From Deltaproteobacteria bacterium (GTDB lineage Bacteria; Myxococcota_A; Polyangia; Fen-1088), in NCBI GenBank assembly GCA_033763315.1, contig JANRKS010000032.1:64001-128000 (forward strand): a stretch of DNA of 64,000 bases, read 5' to 3'. Below the pieces are notes generated by a model. The model saw only the letters and a program-made list of their open reading frames with translations, ran no database searches and had not been told where the DNA came from. Both the position numbers and the translations under genes were made by a program. Below are positions 40,242 through 49,351 of the stretch, piece after piece; position 1 is the first letter of the stretch; each line of letters begins with the position of its first letter.

Positions 40242-43139
40242 TCAGTAGTGGTACGAAAGCCCGATGCGCGCAGAACGGCCGTAACGTGAAACGGTGGCAG
40301 AGGGCACTTCGGGTCCCACAGGGAAACCAAACGCGTGGCCTGACACATCCAGCACGTTGAACATGCCGGCAAAGTATTGCAGCCGCTGGCGTGGGAACGA
40401 TCCGGAAAGCGTGATGTTCCAAATCACGGCGTCTTCCACTCGATCGCCTGTGCGTGTGCGGCGCCCTAAATCATAAAGCAGCTCATTGCCTAAACGCGCG
40501 CTGCCGGGCAAAAGCTCGATCAGCGAGCGCAACGCAAACAACTGCGTCGGCGCGTTGACGAACGGCACGTACGCGCCGTTTTCGCGCACGCGCACCTGCT
40601 GGTAAGTGTATGACGCGGTTAAGCGTGTGCCTGTGCCGGGCTCCCAACGCAGCTCTCCGTCACCACCGATCCCCCGCACGGCTGGGCCTTGGTTGCGGTA
40701 CACAAGCAGCCCATCTATGGGGTCGGTTTCCAGGTTGATCAGGTTTTCAATGCGGTTCGCAAATCCCGCGGCCACCACGGACACGTCATCGCTGACTTGA
40801 TGGCGGTGCTCAAGGTCAATGCTTGTGATGATTTCCGGATCCAGCGCCGGCGCGCGCTTTTGCGTCTCGCCGTCGTCATTGTAAAAACGCTCGTAGGTTG
40901 AAGGCGCGCGAAAGGCGCGTCCCGCGGTGACCTTGGTGGTGCCCGCGGCGTAGGGTTGTGCGATCACCGCTAAGCGTGGGTTAATCGATGTGCCGAAGTT
41001 GTTTTGATAGCGATCGACGCGTACGCCGCCATGCAGCCGTAGACCTTTCGTGATCGATAGGTCGTCCAACAAGAAGCCCGACATCACTGTTTCCGTTTGC
41101 GCCCCCGCCTCACTTTGCGCGGCGCTTGAGGGGTCGCCCAAGTGCAACACAAACTGGCGCTGCACCTCACCGCCCACGGTCAGCTCTTGGCGCCACACGC
41201 GCGGTGTGGTCAAGCGCAACTCGCCTGTGACCCAACGTGCACGCAACGCTTCGGAGAACGCGGGATCGGCGTTGGGCGCTGCGGGATCAGGCATGTATAG
41301 ATAGCGGCCCTTGAAGCGCGACTCGTCGTAGGCGCCACGCGCGCTCAACGTATACCCGCGCAGCGGCACATCTGCGCGCAACTCGGCGTAGCCGCGCTGA
41401 TCCTGATACCGCGTGCCCGGCGCCGCTTGGGTGGCGAAGGCCCCCGTGGGTACGTTCTTCGTGCGGTCGTTCCATCCCGCGCGCAGGCTGAAGATCTTCC
41501 ACTGCAACGCCAACGCCGCGTGCGATGCCTTTTCGGCGTCGGCGCGCAACGCTTGTGTGACGCCATCGTCCCAAGCAAAACGTCGATCGCCGTCCACGTT
41601 AAGTCCCGCCGCAGACACCATCACATTTAGATCCTTTGCGGCATACGTGGCCGTTGCCCGGCCTGCGGTGCGCCCCAAGGTTCCCGCTTGGCCATAGGCC
41701 TCGGCGTGTGTGCCCGCCCGCGCTTTGCGCGTGACCACGTTGACCACGCCGAACAAAGCCGCCGATCCATAAAGCGTTGAGGCAGGGCCCCGCACAAGTT
41801 CAATGCGTTCAACGTTTTCAAGGCTGACATCAAGATCGTGACCCACCCAGCCTTGGCCAAGGAGCACGTCGTTCATCGGGTGGCCATCAAGCAGCACCAA
41901 GATGCGGTTTGTGTAGTCGCCGGGCGGCGACAGACCGCGGACGCCAAGCGACTGATAAATGCGATCGTTTGACGAGAAGGCGCCGCGCACACCAGCCAAC
42001 GCATCAGCCACGGTGATCCAGCCAAAGCCCATGATCTCGTCGCGGCTGATCACGGTGATCGAAGCGGGGGCTTGATCCACGCGTGTCTCCGATTTTGTGG
42101 CTGCAGAAACGAACGGATCCACGCGCGCCAGCTTCACATCCAAATACACGCGGCCGCCATCGGTGATTTGCACCGCTTGTGTGAACGTTGTGCGGCCCTC
42201 ATGGCTCACTTCGATGACCCTTGTGCCGGTGGTGACATTCTCAACGACTGTGGGTGCAAAGCCCATTTCTTTGCCATCCACGCGAATCAACGCACCTACA
42301 GGGTTCACTTGCACCACAATCGCGCCTGAAGGGGCGGCTTTGGCCACCAAGGGCACGTCAACCGGCACCACTTCGTCGGGTAGCACTTCGGCCTCGAAAC
42401 GCAAAGGTTCATACCCCGCCGCCGTGGCAAACAGAACCACACGTCCCGGTGCCAGTGTGAGAGCCCCCGCGCCCACGCGAAGCACTTCGCCATCAATCAG
42501 GCCGCGCCGAATCTGCGCCTGGGCTGGCAGACCACGCAACATCAACTGGCCTTGAATGCGTTCGAGTGTGGCCTGGGCGTCGACGCTTTTTCCGCGGCTC
42601 ACCGAAATGGGCATCGATACGGCTCTGTATCCTGGACGCTCAAGGATCAAGGTGGCTTGCCCCTCGGGCAGCGCCAACAGTTTGGGTGTGATTCCCATTG
42701 CGCCCAGATCCTTACGATCGATGTAGATGGTGGCGCCGGGCGGCGAAGACGTCACTGACAACAACGCCAGGTGCGGCCGCAAGCGATCAATTGAGATTTG
42801 GATCTGTGCGCGTTCAGCGTCGGGCAAATCATTCGTCAACAACGCCGACCACGCGCGAAAGGCTTGTTGGTGTTGGCCCAGTTTCTCCAAACAGCGCGCG
42901 ATGTTGAATTGCACGTTGCGGTTCGGCACCAAGCGGTTCGACGTGTAATACGCGGCCACGGCCTCGGTGAAGTTGCCTTGCCTGTAACTGTCGTTGCCGC
43001 GATCAAAATAAAATTGCGCTTCATCGGCGACGTCGGAGGTTTGCGCTTGCGCGGGTGCTGGCGGGCACAGGACTGAGAGCAAAAGTGGCACACAGGCGGC
43101 GGCGCTGTGCCGCCACAGGCAAAACGGCTGTCTCTTCAT
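40242..43139 (-). CDS. TonB-dependent receptor with N-terminal TPR and PEGA domains
   Basis: Signal peptide, TPR (FNIARCLEKLG), PEGA repeats (SSPPGATIYID; GALIRVDG), plug (APASITVI, ERIELVRGPASTLYG), barrel ending LSYHY. Confidence 0.92.
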   Translation of the reverse strand: MKRQPFCLWRHSAAACVPLLLSVLCPPAPAQAQTSDVADEAQFYFDRGNDSYRQGNFTEAVAAYYTSNRLVPNRNVQFNIARCLEKLGQHQQAFRAWSALLTNDLPDAERAQIQISIDRLRPHLALLSVTSSPPGATIYIDRKDLGAMGITPKLLALPEGQATLILERPGYRAVSMPISVSRGKSVDAQATLERIQGQLMLRGLPAQAQIRRGLIDGEVLRVGAGALTLAPGRVVLFATAAGYEPLRFEAEVLPDEVVPVDVPLVAKAAPSGAIVVQVNPVGALIRVDGKEMGFAPTVVENVTTGTRVIEVSHEGRTTFTQAVQITDGGRVYLDVKLARVDPFVSAATKSETRVDQAPASITVISRDEIMGFGWITVADALAGVRGAFSSNDRIYQSLGVRGLSPPGDYTNRILVLLDGHPMNDVLLGQGWVGHDLDVSLENVERIELVRGPASTLYGSAALFGVVNVVTRKARAGTHAEAYGQAGTLGRTAGRATATYAAKDLNVMVSAAGLNVDGDRRFAWDDGVTQALRADAEKASHAALALQWKIFSLRAGWNDRTKNVPTGAFATQAAPGTRYQDQRGYAELRADVPLRGYTLSARGAYDESRFKGRYLYMPDPAAPNADPAFSEALRARWVTGELRLTTPRVWRQELTVGGEVQRQFVLHLGDPSSAAQSEAGAQTETVMSGFLLDDLSITKGLRLHGGVRVDRYQNNFGTSINPRLAVIAQPYAAGTTKVTAGRAFRAPSTYERFYNDDGETQKRAPALDPEIITSIDLEHRHQVSDDVSVVAAGFANRIENLINLETDPIDGLLVYRNQGPAVRGIGGDGELRWEPGTGTRLTASYTYQQVRVRENGAYVPFVNAPTQLFALRSLIELLPGSARLGNELLYDLGRRTRTGDRVEDAVIWNITLSGSFPRQRLQYFAGMFNVLDVSGHAFGFPVGPEVPSATVSRYGRSARIGLSYHY

Positions 43140-43170
43140 ATCGATTCCGTCAGGGCAGGTGGGTTTGGAA

Positions 43171-44664
43171 TCAGCGCGCGAACTTGATGTCTTCGTCGGG
43201 AGTCACGATGCGTTTGGGCACAGGCGCTGGCTGCAGAACGTGGGTGGCGGGCAGGCGCCGTGGTCGTGCGGTGGCCACGGGTGGCGCAGGCGGTACGGCC
43301 GAAAGCTGGGCGTTCAGGCGCAGGCCCTCAGATGGCAGCGCTTTGATGCTGGTGGAAACGAAGCCGTGCAACGCAAACACCAAATCCACCGGCGTTTTCG
43401 TGGCCGGCAGCCGCACGGTGGCGGGCGTTGTGGCGATCACGACGCCATCAAGCTGCACCGTTGCGCCGGGCGGCTCGCTGTTTAGTTCCACCTTGACGTC
43501 GTTCACCTCTGGGCTCGCCGGCGAAGGTGGCTTTGGTTCGGCCACGGGTTCGGCGCGTGCGGGTGGGTTCATGGCGGCTTTGGTTGGGCCGCCCGAACTC
43601 CATTTCCAGGCTGCCGTGCCGCCCAATCCTAACAACACGACGCCCGTGATGATCAAGGGCATCGCGCGGCCCGAACGCCGCACAGGCACGGTGATCTGGT
43701 GCATCTCGGCGGCCCGCCCCGACAGCGTGGTGGGCAGGGGGCGCATTTTCGCCGGTGCCGGGGGCGCAGCGCCAGCGCCGAGCAAGGTGCTGCCAACACC
43801 CATCACCCCGACCTGGCCCACGAGTGTTTGTTCGGCGCGCAACGCCTCCACCATTTGCGACATTGTGGCGAATCGCGCGTCCGGATCTTTTTGCAGCGCG
43901 CGCAGCACCAGATCTTGAAGGGAACCGCTGACGCTCGCGTTGAATTGCCGTGGCGGCGTTGGTGGGGCGTTGATGTGCAGATTCACCAACTCGCCCACGC
44001 CTTCAGACACAAACGGCGGCCGGCCGCACAACATCTCATAGACGATGAGGCCCAAGGCGTAGATGTCCACGCGGTGATCGGCTTCGCGCAAGCCGCGGCA
44101 TTGCTCGGGCGACATATACGTGGGCGTGCCCATGAGCGCGCCCGTACGCGTTTTGTGGCTCATGCCGCCGAACGTGTTCTGCAGCTTTGCAATGCCGAAG
44201 TCTAGGATTTTTACCTTCACGCGGCCGTTCGCGGGATCGTCCACCAAGAACAAGTTCTCAGGCTTCAGATCGCGGTGAATCACATTCGCGCGGTGGGCGG
44301 CGGTGAGGCCCTCACCGATCTGGCCCGCGATGTCCAGCGCCTCGGCCATCGTGAGGGGCTGCCGACGCAAACGCTCCGCCAGCGTTTCACCGGACAGATA
44401 CTCCATCGTGATGTAAGGCGCGCCGCCTGTCAGCGTGCCGTAATCATAGATCTCAACGATCGCTGGATGCCGGATGGCGTTGGCCGCGCGCGCTTCGGTA
44501 AAAAAGCGGCTGACCAATTGCGTGTCCGTGCATAGTTCGGGGCGCAGCACTTTGATCGCCGAGCGTCGCTGCAGCCCGGGATGCTCGGCAAGATAGACGT
44601 TGCCCATGCCGCCCTCTCCGAGCAGCGCAGTCACGCGGTAATTGCCAATGGTAGACCCGATCAA
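43171..44664 (-). CDS. Membrane Hanks-type Ser/Thr protein kinase with C-terminal PEGA domain
   Basis: GEGGMG, AIK, HRDLKPEN, DFG and GTPTYMSPE motifs, one TM helix, SEPPGATVQLDG. Confidence 0.95.
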   Translation of the reverse strand: MIGSTIGNYRVTALLGEGGMGNVYLAEHPGLQRRSAIKVLRPELCTDTQLVSRFFTEARAANAIRHPAIVEIYDYGTLTGGAPYITMEYLSGETLAERLRRQPLTMAEALDIAGQIGEGLTAAHRANVIHRDLKPENLFLVDDPANGRVKVKILDFGIAKLQNTFGGMSHKTRTGALMGTPTYMSPEQCRGLREADHRVDIYALGLIVYEMLCGRPPFVSEGVGELVNLHINAPPTPPRQFNASVSGSLQDLVLRALQKDPDARFATMSQMVEALRAEQTLVGQVGVMGVGSTLLGAGAAPPAPAKMRPLPTTLSGRAAEMHQITVPVRRSGRAMPLIITGVVLLGLGGTAAWKWSSGGPTKAAMNPPARAEPVAEPKPPSPASPEVNDVKVELNSEPPGATVQLDGVVIATTPATVRLPATKTPVDLVFALHGFVSTSIKALPSEGLRLNAQLSAVPPAPPVATARPRRLPATHVLQPAPVPKRIVTPDEDIKFAR

Positions 44665-44799
44665 GCCGCTGCATTATCGGGTTGAATTGGTGATGGCGCA
44701 ATTGGTGGACGTGGGCGATGACCCACGCCGCTGCCTTTGCCGTGACGTTGGTCAAGGAATGTGGGCCAAAAACGCATGATTCATGCGATGTCAGCGTCT

Positions 44800-46377
44800 T
44801 CAGGCGCGCAACATGGGCGGAACCTCGCTGGCCTTGTTAACGACGTCGGGCAAGTAGCGCCCCTTGAAAAGATCGCCGACGAAATTGATGCCGTAGCCAG
44901 GGCGGCCGGGCTTTTCCCATTCGTTTTTTGGCACGCCCATAGACTGAAGCACCGTGGCCAACCAACGTTGATGGGTCAGGCCCGAGAACTCTTGAGCGGA
45001 GACACCCGTCAAGGCGTCATTGGCTTTGCGGCGGAAATCGAAGTACTGGCCGGTCTTGAAGAAGCCGCCTGCAGAACCGAAGGTGATGATCGGAATGCTG
45101 ACCGCATAATGCGGTTCGGCGCCGTGCTCGTGGCTCCACATCACCAGTGAGCTATCTAAAACCGTGTTGGTACCGCCCCCCTCCGAAACGTCCAGCGCCG
45201 TCGCTAGCGGGAGTATGCAACGCTCGAATTGGCCTTGGTTGGTCTTTGTGAGCACATCAGCCGCACCGGGGGCGCCTGGCTGGTGTGTGTAGTCATTGTG
45301 GTAGTCGCCATTGATCTGCAAAAATGGTTCGCCCGCGGGTAGGACGACGATGCGTGTGGCATCGCAGGCAAAGGCCGCTGCAATAAGTTCGATCCAAATC
45401 GCATATTTTTGCTGAGCGCGCGTCGGATCACCTTCGTATTCTTGGAACGCGCCGGAGGCATCCTTGGCGTTTTTCTTTGGCGAACAGTTGGCCGAGGTGA
45501 CAGCGGGTGCGGCTTGAATCTTCTTTTGCAACTCAGACAGTCGACCAATGAATTCATCGAGCCGTGTTTTGTCGCCAGCTGACAATCGACGATTGCCGTT
45601 GCGTAACGCTTTGTAGTCCTCAAGGACAACGTCGACCAAAGGTTTGCGTGTACTGGCCGGCGATCCTGGCGTGCTTGGCTTCGGCGTCGTGCCTGTGAAC
45701 AGCTTGTCGAACCAGTACGAGGTGCTTTTGTTCGCGGCCACACGAGACACGGGCCCCGATTTTGTTTGGATATTCTGGTAGTAGAACGAGTAGGGGCCAG
45801 GGGGCACATAGATGCCCCCGTCGATGAAAAATCGTTCTCGGACGGCGGATGGATAAAACGCCGAAGAGTAGGCCATGATCTGATCGATCGTTGGTTGATT
45901 CCCGAACGATTGAATCACTTGGTTGTCAGCTGACCCGCCCCCACCTTGGTTGTTGGCGGCGTAGTTGCCCAGATGACCTCCCGAATGGTGATTGATATCA
46001 AAAGGGATGTCCCAGCCGCGCATGACGTTCATCTTGCTCACCAACCGATCGGTGAGCAGTGATGAAGGAGCTGCCAAGGCTGGTGCCACTGACGCGTTCG
46101 TTCCCGAAACCGATCGCTGAAGCTTTCCCCATGAAACGGAGTGCCCCGGATACAAAACGGCTGACTCTGTCAGCACGCTTGCACCTGGGTAGATGGTGTT
46201 TCGCGGTGTGGTGCCGTAAAGGTGACTTACGAAGACGAATCGCTTGGGACCGGGCGCTGCCACCGCTGCATCCGCTTCTTTGAGTGACAAAAGCGATGGC
46301 AGCAGCGGCAGGCCAAGCGCCACACCACCTGCGCCATGGAGAAGCTTGCGCCTAGAAAACGATGCGTTCTTTGTCAT
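44800..46377 (-). CDS. DUF1552 domain protein (Tat-exported)
   Basis: SRRKLL.G.GG..LGLP.L.SL, D..RLD......ELQ, AFACDATR and LDSSLV motifs. Confidence 0.88.
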   Translation of the reverse strand: MTKNASFSRRKLLHGAGGVALGLPLLPSLLSLKEADAAVAAPGPKRFVFVSHLYGTTPRNTIYPGASVLTESAVLYPGHSVSWGKLQRSVSGTNASVAPALAAPSSLLTDRLVSKMNVMRGWDIPFDINHHSGGHLGNYAANNQGGGGSADNQVIQSFGNQPTIDQIMAYSSAFYPSAVRERFFIDGGIYVPPGPYSFYYQNIQTKSGPVSRVAANKSTSYWFDKLFTGTTPKPSTPGSPASTRKPLVDVVLEDYKALRNGNRRLSAGDKTRLDEFIGRLSELQKKIQAAPAVTSANCSPKKNAKDASGAFQEYEGDPTRAQQKYAIWIELIAAAFACDATRIVVLPAGEPFLQINGDYHNDYTHQPGAPGAADVLTKTNQGQFERCILPLATALDVSEGGGTNTVLDSSLVMWSHEHGAEPHYAVSIPIITFGSAGGFFKTGQYFDFRRKANDALTGVSAQEFSGLTHQRWLATVLQSMGVPKNEWEKPGRPGYGINFVGDLFKGRYLPDVVNKASEVPPMLRA

Positions 46378-46415
46378 GTTGTGCGATCCGTAAGTGAGAG
46401 CGTTGGGCGATGGGT

Positions 46416-48254
46416 TTACTGGAACACGCGCTGCCGGAACTCAGGGTTCATCACGATGGCCCGCCAACCCTTTCGTAGTCCGCCACTGGACGCGAACGCG
46501 GTGCGGATGGATTCGAGCGCACAGCCATCACGCTCTTCGTCTTCGGGGCGCGCCAAAGTGAACCTCAAAGCTTTTCGCGCCAAACATGCGGGAACCTTTC
46601 CGCTGGCCGCCATAGCTTCAGCCAGTTGTGGTAACCCCGCCACCTCATCTGTCTCGTCTTCGACCACATAAGGCGTTGCCCGTGTGTCGATCGCTGTCGT
46701 TGCCAGCGTCTTGCCGGTTTCGAGATCCAAAACCACTTCGTTCGACCGGCTACGCGCCAAAGCGTCGAAGTTTTCGGTCGCAAACCCAAGGCCATTGATC
46801 AGGAACTTGTGACAACCGGCGCACGCGGGAGGGGAAGTCAAAGTCTCAATCTGCTGGCGGATGCTCAGCGTTTTATCAACCTTGTCGGCCCCGTCGCCCG
46901 CGTTGGCAGGCGGAGCAGCAATGACGTCGCACAACAGCTCCCTGCGGATAAATACACCCTTTACAATGGGTCGCGTCTTCGGGGTCCCGCTCGTGAGATG
47001 AAAGGCGAGCCCGAGCAGCCCGATCCGGTTCTCGGGCAACATAACGGGTTCGCCGGATCCTCCCCAGGTGCTGGTTCCGTAGATTTTGGCGAGCGCTGCA
47101 TCTTTAACGAACGAACGCCGGGTCGTCAGCAGATCCGTGGCGCTTCCACCGTTGCGGAACACGTCTGAGACGACATCAACGGCATCTGTGGCGAGGGCTT
47201 CGGCATAGCTTGAAGAAGGAAGATCGCCACCAGCCATCGTTTTGAAGGCGACGTTCTTGTCGAGGCCATTGAACGTGGGCAGTTCATCAAGACGCAGCCA
47301 CTCGTATGTAAATAGGTCGAACGTTTGTTGTGCGCGTGCATCGCCCAGCAGTCGATCCACTTGCTGGGCGTAGCCGGCAGTGGTGAGGATCTGGCCCGAT
47401 TTGGCAGCAGCCCACAGCTCATTGTCGGGAATCGTTTCCCACAGGTGCAGGGAAAGCGCGGAGGCCAATTCAAAGGCACTGAGTTGCCGAATGTTGTTGT
47501 CGCCACCCACTGGATCGGTTCCGTGTTCGACGAACGCGAGAAAGTAGGGCGACAAAATCATTGCGCCGACCACATCAGCCACGCCCGCGGGATCGAATGG
47601 ATCTGTGGCTGCATGAATTGTGCGGAACCGAGCCACCTCCTCGGCGCTTAACGAATGTCGCAACACTCGTTCACCAAACGACGTGATAAAGGCGTCGAGG
47701 CAGGCCGAGTCGTTTTTTGCGTCGCCATCGGTGGCGCAAGCGCCCATAACACTGCCGCGGTTCTCGGGCCGTGCCAGTTCTGCGCCGAGGTTTCTCGCGA
47801 GCCCGTAAAGGACGTCGATCTGACCTTGCTGTGTGGCCTGATCCAGCCGCGTGAAACTGCCGTGCACGTCAATGGGCGTAGGCGGCCGCAGGTCTTTGGG
47901 GATGCTGTCGAGATCGGGGGCGATGGCCTTGATCGCTGTGTTGGCCGCGGCTTCGTTCTTGATCGCCAAACGCAGGAGATCGCGCACGCTGTTGCGCAGC
48001 TGACGCGTGGTTAACTTCTTCAGCACGGCCGGCGGCGGCGAGCTTTGACCACAGGCGAAGCTCACGGCGTTGCCGCCCTGCGAGCCGGTGGAACTTCCTC
48101 CGGGGCCAAACGGGTTCTCCGAATTCCCGCCGGATCCCCCTTCGTCTTGGTTGGCGGCGTCTGGGTGAATTTGACCTGTGCACGCGCCCACCCCAGACGC
48201 CAGAAAGAGGATGCACAGCAACCAGACGCGGCCGAACTTCGCTTGAAACTTCAT
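46416..48254 (-). CDS. DUF1592/DUF1588/DUF1595 (PSD-family) lipoprotein with CxxCH motif
   Basis: VGAC lipobox, LKKLT..QL.NS.RDL, ELAS.LS..LW...PD..L, CAGCH and ENFDA motifs. Confidence 0.88.
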   Translation of the reverse strand: MKFQAKFGRVWLLCILFLASGVGACTGQIHPDAANQDEGGSGGNSENPFGPGGSSTGSQGGNAVSFACGQSSPPPAVLKKLTTRQLRNSVRDLLRLAIKNEAAANTAIKAIAPDLDSIPKDLRPPTPIDVHGSFTRLDQATQQGQIDVLYGLARNLGAELARPENRGSVMGACATDGDAKNDSACLDAFITSFGERVLRHSLSAEEVARFRTIHAATDPFDPAGVADVVGAMILSPYFLAFVEHGTDPVGGDNNIRQLSAFELASALSLHLWETIPDNELWAAAKSGQILTTAGYAQQVDRLLGDARAQQTFDLFTYEWLRLDELPTFNGLDKNVAFKTMAGGDLPSSSYAEALATDAVDVVSDVFRNGGSATDLLTTRRSFVKDAALAKIYGTSTWGGSGEPVMLPENRIGLLGLAFHLTSGTPKTRPIVKGVFIRRELLCDVIAAPPANAGDGADKVDKTLSIRQQIETLTSPPACAGCHKFLINGLGFATENFDALARSRSNEVVLDLETGKTLATTAIDTRATPYVVEDETDEVAGLPQLAEAMAASGKVPACLARKALRFTLARPEDEERDGCALESIRTAFASSGGLRKGWRAIVMNPEFRQRVFQ

Positions 48255-48463
48255 GGCGATTCCTCTGGGACAAGGCTTGCGAGAGCACGGCGCAGCGGCC
48301 GTACATCTCGAGTTTCAAGTTGTCACACCCCAAAACACCGCGCCCTTGCCGAGCGTTAATCCTTGGCTTAGCCACGTGCTTTGTTCGTGCGCTGCACTTC
48401 GTCCTCAACAAACCTTAACGATCATGAGTTTTGGCTGTCAGTCCGACGCTTCATACCCAAGGG

Positions 48464-49282
48464 GTGAAGAACGCTTTGTGGGCCGTGACTGTTTTGTGCT
48501 GTGCCAGCGCTTCGTGTGCTCCCGTGCCACGTGAGGAATGGGCGTCTATGGGGGGCGAGTCGATCCCAGGGCAGGGCGGCCAGGCCGGCGGCACGCAGCG
48601 TCCTGATGGCGCGGTTGTGCGAATGGACGCAGGCACCACGCCCCCTGATGGTCCTTCATCGACGCCAGCTGATGCGGCGCCGATTGGCGATCAGACGGAC
48701 ACACGCCCTGACGGCAAGACTTCACCTGACGCCAAGGCGGTCAAGGATGCGTCTTTACCTATTGATGCGCCGGCAGAACCTATGACGCCACTGTTGACGG
48801 CGTGGGGATTCGAAACCTCAACGCATCTGTGGATGGACTATGGCAGTCGGCTTGGAGCAAACGATACGCCGAGGATGCCTGTCACGATCTCGAAAGAGCA
48901 GAGCCATCAGGGTGCGTCGTCGCTCAAGTACACGATCTCGACGAGGGGAGGCGATGATCAACGTTACGTCGCGATCAAAGATCCGCGGTTGCCGCTTCAC
49001 ATGTTCAGCACGGCTGTGGTGAATATGTGGGTGCCTGCCGATCACAAGTTGCGACTGGTTCAAGTATTCGTGGAGGGCCAAACGATCCCTTGGCTTTCCG
49101 TCAACAACTTCATGAACGAGACCGGCCTGGTTGCGGGTGGCTGGAGCAAGTTCACGTTGCCCATACCCGAGGCATACAAAGACAAAAGCAATAAGGTGGC
49201 CGCGTTAGGAATCGAGTTCTGGACCGATGGCCCCTGGACGGGCTCCGTGTTCATCGACGACGTGCTGTTGCAAGGTGAATGA
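48464..49282 (+). CDS. Hypothetical lipoprotein with low-complexity linker and CBM-like jelly-roll domain
   Basis: ASC lipobox, DA/DG-rich linker, WGFE...G..SLK...W....LGIEF...VFIDDV. Confidence 0.7.
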   Translation: MKNALWAVTVLCCASASCAPVPREEWASMGGESIPGQGGQAGGTQRPDGAVVRMDAGTTPPDGPSSTPADAAPIGDQTDTRPDGKTSPDAKAVKDASLPIDAPAEPMTPLLTAWGFETSTHLWMDYGSRLGANDTPRMPVTISKEQSHQGASSLKYTISTRGGDDQRYVAIKDPRLPLHMFSTAVVNMWVPADHKLRLVQVFVEGQTIPWLSVNNFMNETGLVAGGWSKFTLPIPEAYKDKSNKVAALGIEFWTDGPWTGSVFIDDVLLQGE

Positions 49283-49299
49283 GCCGGACCGCAATGAGA

Positions 49300-49329
49300 A
49301 AGGCCGCGCTGGGTTAGCAGCGCGGCCTT
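49300..49329. terminator. Perfect 12-bp hairpin between convergent genes (likely bidirectional terminator)
   Basis: AAGGCCGCGCTG-GGTTAG-CAGCGCGGCCTT. Confidence 0.65.
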
Positions 49330-49351
49330 CGATCTCGCAATGGCGACTAGC

